DNA from: a virus | Length of the DNA: 64,000 nt | Reading direction: 5' to 3' (one strand) | Virus record (IMG/VR): IMGVR_UViG_3300028394_000037 | Shown here: positions 55,607-64,000 of the stretch, piece by piece | How positions within the stretch are numbered: position 1 is the first letter of the stretch | How the letters are laid out: each line of letters opens with the position of its first letter | Position numbers and translations under genes: made by a program | The notes under the pieces: generated by a model | Told to the model about the DNA's origin: nothing | Database searches by the model: none | Seen by the model: the letters and a program-made list of their open reading frames with translations, nothing else

Positions 55607-58600
55607 TTATGAAACATAATTGATATAACCAAGAGGTTTTGTTCTTTTTAAAATAGTTCCTGTAGTTATTCCTGCCGATCCACGTAAATTATACGAATTA
55701 TAAGATAATTCTTTATTTCTAGATTCAAGTGAAACTTTTCCCCAACTAAATTCTCCATAAAAATTACTATATCCAATTCCAGTCAATCCATTATAATTTG
55801 AAACACTTACCGTTACTTTTGCAACATAAGTAATTCCAAAACCAACCGCAGAAGTTTGTGCAATTGATACTGAAGCAACTTGATATACATTATCTAAGAA
55901 AGTAGATCCTACACCAACAATAGATCCAGAAGAATTTAAAGAAGTTACACCATTTCCAACATTGGAATTGTAAACAACAAAATAATAACCTGTTTGAATT
56001 CCACTAATAGTTGTTACTCCAGTTATTAAAGAATTTCTGAGGAAAGAATTTTTTGAAATAACAAAGTCAAATACAATTCCAGTTGAGGCTACTCCAACAG
56101 AAGTTGTTTTTATACCTGTTATAATACCAAAATCACCCTCATATGATTTTACTTCATTATTTTCAGTTTTCATTGTTGGTGGTTCAATTAATACTATAGG
56201 TATTGTCGTATAACCTAGTCCTGGAGTAGTTATTGTTATTGTTGTCACTATACCAGCAGTTATTGATGCAACACCAACAGCAGTATTTTCTGTTGCAGTT
56301 GTTCCAAATCCAATTGGACCTGCAATTGTAACAGTTGGATTTGTAATATACCCCTGTCCACCATTAGAAATAACAATTGAAGAAATTGTTCCAGCAATTG
56401 AAACTATTGCAGTTGCTGCTGCAGAAACTTTAGGTTCTTGAGAAATTAATGTAATATTTTTTTGATAATCTAAATTAGTACTATTTTCATTGATTTGATT
56501 AAAGAATGGTTTAATATTATCAACAAATATAATTGTGCTACCTATACCAACCGAATTTATTAAATATGCAACAGGATTGATCAATGGTTCATATAATATT
56601 CTACTTTTTGATATTACAGTTTCATCAATAATCATATCTTCAGTTTGCTTGCACCAAGTAACTGGACGAAGAAGTGTTGCGTCTGTGACGTTTCCTGGAC
56701 CAAAATATGGATTAGTACTTAAAACATTAGTTGAATTTATACTTGTAACTGCCCTTTCATTTTCTTGTAGAGATATAGATTGTCCAATATATGGATCATA
56801 TCCAATCGTAAGTTCATCACCAACTTTTACAGTTTCCAATATGTCTCTATATACAACATCAATTTCACCGCTTCCTTTATAGAAAATGATCTTTGATGTA
56901 TCTCCAGATTTTGGAGGTTCTGTAAAAGTTATAATACTCCCACCAGGAAATTGATATCCTTCTCCAGGAACCTGTAGAATATCATTTACAAAAATTAGCA
57001 GTGTATCCTCAACATTTATATTGGATCCTTTTGCTGAATATATTGAAAATGGAATTCTAGAATATGATATTGTAAAGGTTTTTCTTTTTCCATCAAATAA
57101 ACTGTCAAAGTTATCTAGTACTTGAAGTTTTCCAATTGACCAACCAGTAAATTTATCTGTAAATGTTTTTTGTATATTTATTTTAAATTCTTCAAAATTT
57201 GAATTGGATGTTGTTGGAATTCCTACAGTTCCACCAATACCAATTGTTAGTATATCATTTTCATTATAACCATATCCAGTATTTTTAATTTCATAATCAA
57301 TTATACTAGATCCTTGCCCAACAACAATATCAATAGTTGCCTGTGTACCAATTCCAGATGATGAAGAACTATAAACTAATGGTATATTTGAATATGAAAG
57401 TGGAGCATCAAATATGACATATGGTGTATTTGTGAAAGTATACCCAACTCCAGGATTTGTTATTGAAACACCAGTGATATATCCATTATTAATTGATGCT
57501 GTTCCAACAATTGTTATATTTAAGATATCAGTAGAAGATGTTCCTACTCCAACTCTAACGGTCTGTAACCCTTGTCTATAACCAGATCCACTATTACCTA
57601 TACTAATAGATGAAATTGTTCCTGCTGCCGATACAGTTGCAGTACCACCAGCAGAAATTAATGGTTGATATCCAAATCCTGAAGATGAACCTACTGATAC
57701 AATAATACCACCACGAGGAATAGATGCTGTATTTACATCTGATGTAATTGAAGATGCAGTTCCTGTAAAAGTAACTGATGTAATGCCTGCTGTTTGAGAT
57801 AATGTATAATTATATTGGGATTCTGGTCCCTGAAAAATATCATTAATTAATATAATCGCATTTTCTGAAGATATTCCAGATATATTTGATCCAAATGATT
57901 TTAGATTAAATGTTTTTTCTTTACCGTTAAAACCAGATGATATATCATCAAATATGTAATTTTTATAATAAGTCTCATTTGATGTATTAGATTCACCAGA
58001 TCTCAAAAAGGTTCTTCCTTGGAATTTTGAATGAATTGAAATTCCTTCCCAATCTCTTTCATCTGGAGGATTTGTAGTTGTTCCATATGGAATATTTCCA
58101 TATGGAGCTTCAATGAAATTAAGAGTATTATCAACAATGTTATAATTTCCAGATACTTTAGTTACCAAAGTTCCTGTTGAATATCCCGCAACAACCGTTC
58201 CCAACCAAGGTCTACGAACTCTGATTCCATTGGTACTTCCTATACCAACTTCATCAATTCTCATTATTTCATTACCAATTTTAAGTAAGTTTGATCCAAA
58301 TAATGATGTAATGTTATCAAGATAAATGATATCGTCAGTAGTAAATACTCTATTTGATAGTGTTGTAGTTACAGCAGAGGCTACAATTGGGGATTGTATC
58401 AAGTTATCAATAGCAATAATAACTTTTGCATTTTGATTTGTTGATGTGAATGAGTGTAATGTTTCTCCAATACCAACACTTACAATATTTAATACTTTGG
58501 GAATAGGATTTAAAGCATCACTTGCACTTGCTGCGAGTTTAATCTTATTATCATTAACTTTGACTACATAGACAGATGATGGGAGTTTGCTAGTTGTACC

Positions 58601-61600
58601 AACACCAACAAAATATGTTGATGCAATTCCAATTGCACCATAAGTACTAGTGCTTATTCCTGGATGTGAATATGTAAGATTTTCTCCAGTAACAAAGAAA
58701 TGATTTGGAATTGATATTGTATCTGAACTTGTGCTTATGATTGAAGAATCAGTACCATCAAAATATCTTTGGAATATTGGATAATTTTTATGTTTTAATT
58801 CAAAAGATCTTTTAATATCACGATTAGTTCCATAATAATTTTGATAGTTTGTTTCTAGTGATGAATTATTAAATGATACTACATCTTTATCATCATCTTC
58901 ATAACGTAAAATATTTGAAAATACTTTTATACCTGTTTCAACATTTTGAAGGGGAGTAAAAGTTAATTGTGTTACTCCACCAACTCTTGCTGTTCCAATT
59001 GTGCCAATTCCAGAAGAAGTTTCAATATTTGCAAATTCATTAAAATATGTTTCTGTATCATCATCAATGACAACGACCTCTGATAACTGATGTCTATTAT
59101 TTGTAATATCTGATGCTTGAACTATAAAATATGCCCCATCATAATCATCCAAATAATCTGAAATTACTATAGGTGTGGGTGTTGATGTTGATGCAATTGA
59201 AGTTGATCTTGATTCTAATCTAGAATGTTTCAAATCAAAGGTGCCAACACCAGAAAATCCAGTATTTGCAATAGAAACCTGTATCGTATTAATAATTGCC
59301 GTTAAACCAATTCCTGAATTTGGAATAAAATCTAATTTAAAATCAGATCCAGAAATGTATGTATTATAAGTTCCCAAACCAGAAGAAGAATTTTCAGTCA
59401 AACTATCAGTAGATAGTTGTCCATAATCAATAAATTGTACATCAGAACCATCGTGAATTATACTTATTTCATTAAATTGAAATGGTCCTGTTCCATTATT
59501 TGCCCCAATTTCAACCAAAATTTTTGCAGACTGATATGTGGTTGGAATATTGGAAATATTTGTTGTAGTTCCAGAAGATACTATAATACTTGTTGTTGCA
59601 AAACTTACAGAATCTCCAAAACTTGTACTTGCAACGGAAGTATACACATCCTTTAAATTGTATGATATTAATGTGACATCATAATCGTTTACTTCATATT
59701 TTGTTGGATAAAAATATAATACACCTTCAGAACCCACAATACCAAAATCAAAAGATCCCATATCATACGTAGTTTCAACTCTACCGTATTGGTTAATATG
59801 TCCCAATCCAACATCGTGAATTAGCGTAGAAATTAGCAATTGTCTTTGTGATGTATATCTTTTATCTCTTATATAAATGAAATTTTTCTGTGCTCTTGCA
59901 TCAGTTAATAAAAATCTATGAACCTCAGAATAATTAGTAGGTCTTGGATTGCTATTAAATTGTGAACTGATATCATCTATTGATAAAACTCTATTGCCGA
60001 TAGATTCAAAATAATCAATTAAGATAGTATTTGAAAATATCATCTCATTGGAAATGACTGATGAATTAATTTCTAATGAATTTTCTCGTACTAAATCAAA
60101 ATTATAAAAACAATTCAAATCAGCATATCCAACAATATCTGTTATGACATCTATTGTTGCACTTAATGCCTGATTATTTTTTGGATCAAATATGTTTGGT
60201 TCTGAACTTTCTAATTGATAATCACTGAATTTTTTAAATCCAGATGTATGATTTAATGTACTTACTGCGTCATTCCAAGTATCATAGTCTACTTTTGATT
60301 TTAATGAATATGAAAAATTTTGATAATAATGATTATCTTGTATTCTCTGTAAATTATCATTTAAGAATCCAGCATTTGAATTCCACCCACCATTTATATC
60401 CGATGATGAATTTAATTCAAATACTGCATCAAAGTTGTCTAATTTACTAATAATTCCTTGACTCTTTGATGTATACCCTTCTATTATTTCATTGGCTACA
60501 AATTTTTGATTTGAAATTATTCTTAATTGATCTATTGTAGAATTCCAAGTGTCCACATAACCAGATGCTGATAGTGTTAATACTTTTTCATTTTCAAGAA
60601 AATTATTTTTTTTCAAAATAGAATTAAAAATTGGAAAATATTTTTCTGGTATTATTCTTCCTGCAGAATTAATGGAATCATATGTACCTGGAACTTCAGA
60701 TCCTATTAAGTAATTTGATAGATTATAAGTTACTGTTCCAATATTTCCTCCAATATTTGCGTCAACTGCAGTAATTGTAAATAGAGAATAATTATAATTT
60801 TCGGAATTAAAACCTTTACCAGTTGATTCAATTCCAACACTAACATTTTCAATAAGAACCTTATCATTAACTTTAAATGGAAAATCATTTGCAACACTAA
60901 ATCCAACAGATAATGTTACTGTCACATCTTTTGATATACTATTAAATTGAATTGAACTTATTCCGACACCATTTGAATTTTGTATTGGAATAATTTTTGG
61001 GGTAATGTTATTGAGTCCATAAGTATTTTTTAATATTTTAACATCATTATCACCAAGAGTATATTTTAAATCAACCTCAGATGCAATTCTATTTGTTTTG
61101 CCATCAATAACAATTAGTTTTGGTGATACTGTGTATCCTCTACCAAAAGAGGATACTTTTATTGATTCAAATGATGCTAGAGGTTCAACCTTTATAACCT
61201 GTGGCATCTGAACAGATGGTTTAACTGTAAAATCGCAAGGAAAATCAAATCCAATATCATTAATTTTTGTGCTATTTACTTTTCCTATTGATTTGCTTGA
61301 TGCTTCTAAGAGTGCTCCATATCCATCTGTAGATGTAATATTCGTGAGTGTTGGGAGAGTATAATAATTTTTACCTTTATTTGTAATTTCTACATTTGAA
61401 ATTGTACCAGAACAATTTTTAGAATTCGTTTGGTATTCTAGTTTTGAACTGGATGAAGAATATAAATCTGCTTCTAAAATTTCCCCAGAAGTGTATGTAA
61501 ATGATGTGGATGATGCAACTGAAACTTGATATTCTCCATTATATTTACTTTGATGTATTTGTATTTCATTATTTGAATGTATAGAATTATCTACAACTAT

Positions 61601-64000
61601 TTCTTGTTTTGTACTTGGGAGTTGATTTTCATAGATTGGATTTAATTTATAGTATAATTTTTCTGGTAGATATTGATTGACCGTTAATATCACTCTTGCA
61701 TCATTTGTTATTCCAACAGATCCATATCTTGTAATTTCAAAAATATTCGTTTGCTCAGATGTTGTATATTTTTCTGTAAAATTTGAATCTTTATAAAAAT
61801 CCAATTTGAATGCAGAGTAAATATTTCCTTGTAAATTATATGAAAGAGATGAATCTGATAAATCAAAAGTAACCGTTGAATCTTTATAAACTTTTATTGG
61901 TGGATTGATTGCAGAAATTGTACCAAATGATGCACTACTGATACCAACAATTTCTGGATTTAGTGAAATTGAATCAAAATATGTATTTGATAATTTAATA
62001 TTATTTTCATCAACAATTACAGCATAATAAATTTTATTTGATTGTAATCCAATTGATGGTGACGAAGAAGTATGAATTATCTTTTGACCTTTTACATACC
62101 CGTGATTTGGAATTGTAATAGTATTAGTTATAGTACTTATTCCAGCAGATAAAAATGTGTTTGGATTAACTACTAATCTTCTATTGTAGTCATTATAATT
62201 GATAGTAAATGTTGTTGATATTGATGGATTTACATCCACAAATACTGTATCTCCATTTAGTAAACCGTGTGTTTGTGCTGTGGATACCGTAATAAGATTC
62301 CTAGAAATCTTTCCAGTAATTGGTAGATAATTTGTTTTGAAACTGTGATTGACTCCTGTTCCCAGTCCAGTAAAATAAAGTGTACTTAAAGAGCTAGTAG
62401 TACTTGCTATTCCAACAAATGTTCCTGTTGAACCAAGTCCAACTTTTACCGTTGATATTCCAATTAAACTATTGGATATTTTTGCGACATATACTGTAGA
62501 ATTATTTTCTAAAGTTGTTGTTCCTATTCCAGTTTGTGAGACTATCAGTGGACTACCACCATTTACGGAATATGTAAGAATATCTCCAGTTTCTAAATTG
62601 TGGTATGGAATATAAATTGATTTAGTTGGAATGAAAATTTGAGTTATTCCAACTCCAGGATTTGAGAATGATATTGTTGTCCCTATTCCAACACCAGATT
62701 TAGTTCCAATTCCAATAGATTCAATTGGATTTAAATATATTTCTTTATTTGTTTTATAATCAAATAATGTAGAAAATCCAACATTTATATTCAATCTTTT
62801 TGAATTTTCAAATAATAAAGATGATGCTGTATGAGATACTCCTACTGAACCATTAACTCCTCTCAATACTTTAATTCTTGACGATCTTTCATCTATACTT
62901 AAAACTTGTACTTTTTCTGTTCCTATACCTAAAATATCATTCTCACGAATATTTTGATAAGACAAATTTCCAGAAACTGAGAAGTATGTTATTATACCTG
63001 TGCTACTCAAATTTCCAGTAGATGATATTAGAGTAAGAGTATTTGTTGTAACTCCTACAGTATAAAATGCTTCAAGTAATGATGATGTTGTATTTAATCC
63101 AGATATTGAAATGATATCACTATCTTTGAAATTATGAGGATTCTTTGTGAATAAAACAAGATTTCTTTTTTCTTCTGTTGGATATATTTCTACATTTGAA
63201 ATACTACTAGTTGCTACACTTATTGTATTAATAGGTTTTCCATATATTTTAGATACTTTAGCAGAAGCTCCATATCCTCCTTGTAAATTTTCATTGTTGA
63301 ATGTAATACTATCATCTACTTTATAATCATTTCCTCCGGTTACAATTCCAACATTCTCTACCGCACCAGGTGATGCTGATTTTATATCAACAGTTTGATT
63401 TAATTTATTTGGAATATTTAAATATGGATATGAACTATTTTCATCAATTAAATTGTATGGATAAGTATTTCTCATCCATTGGGTTTTATTTAAATCAATA
63501 TATTTTTGATTTGATAACTTATCAAAATTAAAATCAATTGGTTTTGATCTAAAATTATTCCCAATAATATATGGGAATGTTGGTTGCTTATATCCTATAA
63601 ATGGTCCAGAAGAGTCTACTGAAATATTATTAATAGTTACAAAATATGCATAAGTCCCATTTGGAAATTCTGGAGTAATACAATATCTTCCATTATTCTC
63701 ATCCAATACTGTTTCATCATCTCTATTATAATAAGTATAATCTTCTACAAAAAATCCAACAGGGAAATTATCATTTACTGGAGGTCTATTTGTTTTCAAA
63801 TCAATTTTATATCCAGATTTCATCTGAGATACTATTCCACCTTGATTTTTTAAGTATCCATAGGGACCATATATTGGATTTCCATCATAAGCCCATCCTA
63901 TAATTGGAGAATGATCGGTAGATAAAATTTCTGAACCATTTACTTTTTTTAGATCTGCTGTTTTATATAAAATATTTCCACCCTGATCTGATGCATATAA
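55607..64000 (-). CDS. gp7: Baseplate wedge initiator (gp7-like giant protein), 5' end outside the window
   Basis: The frame stays open from the track's ATG 63823 to 64000 (...HSPIIGWAYDGNPIYGPYGY...). Contains LDENNGR...TPEFPNGTYAYF and QRIQDNHYYQNFSYSLKS...LNHTSGFKKF. Immediately upstream of g8. Confidence 0.85.
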   Translation of the reverse strand, partial: LYASDQGGNILYKTADLKKVNGSEILSTDHSPIIGWAYDGNPIYGPYGYLKNQGGIVSQMKSGYKIDLKTNRPPVNDNFPVGFFVEDYTYYNRDDETVLDENNGRYCITPEFPNGTYAYFVTINNISVDSSGPFIGYKQPTFPYIIGNNFRSKPIDFNFDKLSNQKYIDLNKTQWMRNTYPYNLIDENSSYPYLNIPNKLNQTVDIKSASPGAVENVGIVTGGNDYKVDDSITFNNENLQGGYGASAKVSKIYGKPINTISVATSSISNVEIYPTEEKRNLVLFTKNPHNFKDSDIISISGLNTTSSLLEAFYTVGVTTNTLTLISSTGNLSSTGIITYFSVSGNLSYQNIRENDILGIGTEKVQVLSIDERSSRIKVLRGVNGSVGVSHTASSLLFENSKRLNINVGFSTLFDYKTNKEIYLNPIESIGIGTKSGVGIGTTISFSNPGVGITQIFIPTKSIYIPYHNLETGDILTYSVNGGSPLIVSQTGIGTTTLENNSTVYVAKISNSLIGISTVKVGLGSTGTFVGIASTTSSLSTLYFTGLGTGVNHSFKTNYLPITGKISRNLITVSTAQTHGLLNGDTVFVDVNPSISTTFTINYNDYNRRLVVNPNTFLSAGISTITNTITIPNHGYVKGQKIIHTSSSPSIGLQSNKIYYAVIVDENNIKLSNTYFDSISLNPEIVGISSASFGTISAINPPIKVYKDSTVTFDLSDSSLSYNLQGNIYSAFKLDFYKDSNFTEKYTTSEQTNIFEITRYGSVGITNDARVILTVNQYLPEKLYYKLNPIYENQLPSTKQEIVVDNSIHSNNEIQIHQSKYNGEYQVSVASSTSFTYTSGEILEADLYSSSSSKLEYQTNSKNCSGTISNVEITNKGKNYYTLPTLTNITSTDGYGALLEASSKSIGKVNSTKINDIGFDFPCDFTVKPSVQMPQVIKVEPLASFESIKVSSFGRGYTVSPKLIVIDGKTNRIASEVDLKYTLGDNDVKILKNTYGLNNITPKIIPIQNSNGVGISSIQFNSISKDVTVTLSVGFSVANDFPFKVNDKVLIENVSVGIESTGKGFNSENYNYSLFTITAVDANIGGNIGTVTYNLSNYLIGSEVPGTYDSINSAGRIIPEKYFPIFNSILKKNNFLENEKVLTLSASGYVDTWNSTIDQLRIISNQKFVANEIIEGYTSKSQGIISKLDNFDAVFELNSSSDINGGWNSNAGFLNDNLQRIQDNHYYQNFSYSLKSKVDYDTWNDAVSTLNHTSGFKKFSDYQLESSEPNIFDPKNNQALSATIDVITDIVGYADLNCFYNFDLVRENSLEINSSVISNEMIFSNTILIDYFESIGNRVLSIDDISSQFNSNPRPTNYSEVHRFLLTDARAQKNFIYIRDKRYTSQRQLLISTLIHDVGLGHINQYGRVETTYDMGSFDFGIVGSEGVLYFYPTKYEVNDYDVTLISYNLKDVYTSVASTSFGDSVSFATTSIIVSSGTTTNISNIPTTYQSAKILVEIGANNGTGPFQFNEISIIHDGSDVQFIDYGQLSTDSLTENSSSGLGTYNTYISGSDFKLDFIPNSGIGLTAIINTIQVSIANTGFSGVGTFDLKHSRLESRSTSIASTSTPTPIVISDYLDDYDGAYFIVQASDITNNRHQLSEVVVIDDDTETYFNEFANIETSSGIGTIGTARVGGVTQLTFTPLQNVETGIKVFSNILRYEDDDKDVVSFNNSSLETNYQNYYGTNRDIKRSFELKHKNYPIFQRYFDGTDSSIISTSSDTISIPNHFFVTGENLTYSHPGISTSTYGAIGIASTYFVGVGTTSKLPSSVYVVKVNDNKIKLAASASDALNPIPKVLNIVSVGIGETLHSFTSTNQNAKVIIAIDNLIQSPIVASAVTTTLSNRVFTTDDIIYLDNITSLFGSNLLKIGNEIMRIDEVGIGSTNGIRVRRPWLGTVVAGYSTGTLVTKVSGNYNIVDNTLNFIEAPYGNIPYGTTTNPPDERDWEGISIHSKFQGRTFLRSGESNTSNETYYKNYIFDDISSGFNGKEKTFNLKSFGSNISGISSENAIILINDIFQGPESQYNYTLSQTAGITSVTFTGTASSITSDVNTASIPRGGIIVSVGSSSGFGYQPLISAGGTATVSAAGTISSISIGNSGSGYRQGLQTVRVGVGTSSTDILNITIVGTASINNGYITGVSITNPGVGYTFTNTPYVIFDAPLSYSNIPLVYSSSSSGIGTQATIDIVVGQGSSIIDYEIKNTGYGYNENDILTIGIGGTVGIPTTSNSNFEEFKINIQKTFTDKFTGWSIGKLQVLDNFDSLFDGKRKTFTISYSRIPFSIYSAKGSNINVEDTLLIFVNDILQVPGEGYQFPGGSIITFTEPPKSGDTSKIIFYKGSGEIDVVYRDILETVKVGDELTIGYDPYIGQSISLQENERAVTSINSTNVLSTNPYFGPGNVTDATLLRPVTWCKQTEDMIIDETVISKSRILYEPLINPVAYLINSVGIGSTIIFVDNIKPFFNQINENSTNLDYQKNITLISQEPKVSAAATAIVSIAGTISSIVISNGGQGYITNPTVTIAGPIGFGTTATENTAVGVASITAGIVTTITITTPGLGYTTIPIVLIEPPTMKTENNEVKSYEGDFGIITGIKTTSVGVASTGIVFDFVISKNSFLRNSLITGVTTISGIQTGYYFVVYNSNVGNGVTSLNSSGSIVGVGSTFLDNVYQVASVSIAQTSAVGFGITYVAKVTVSVSNYNGLTGIGYSNFYGEFSWGKVSLESRNKELSYNSYNLRGSAGITTGTILKRTKPLGYINYVS

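Noticed and set aside
1-64000. Alternative genetic code or programmed frameshift
   Set aside because: Core genes translate full length in the standard code, TAA/TAG/TGA all end genes, and no split conserved gene was seen.

Overview
64 kb of the core genome of an AT-rich T4-like myovirus with the gene order and conserved small genes typical of T4-like cyanophages. Every supported gene is on the minus strand. Reading in transcription order (high to low coordinates) the window holds: baseplate and neck genes (g7 partial, g8, a 2474-aa structural protein, g13-g15); packaging, tail and head genes (g16-g23, g3); uvsY and uvsW; a replication module (g55, g47, g46, g45, denV-like, g44, dam, g62, regA, hsp20, g43, uvsX, g41, mazG); an accessory block at 3.7-12.1 kb; then g61, nrdA and the start of nrdB. 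I saw no tRNA, CRISPR array, intron or intein. The best candidate for an undescribed system is the accessory block. Almost every gene there has its own late promoter. Three proteins share an N-terminal leader and a ~38-aa YD..L..L.DEGYA...MS..W..SI module, two copies of which are 94% identical in DNA. These shared parts flank unrelated payloads bounded by (L/I)xE prohead-protease-type sites, including a RyR-like domain and an exact 177-bp duplicated peptide. A neighbouring nucleotidyltransferase starts with a T4-type capsid-targeting sequence. I interpret this as a modular capsid-loaded, protease-processed cargo system, which is inference only. Other leads are a ROSE-like thermometer before hsp20, two bidirectional promoters bracketing the replication module, an NblA-like small ORF missing from the ORF track, and a candidate nuclease-Dam pair. 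All family assignments come from motif recognition and synteny; no searches were run.
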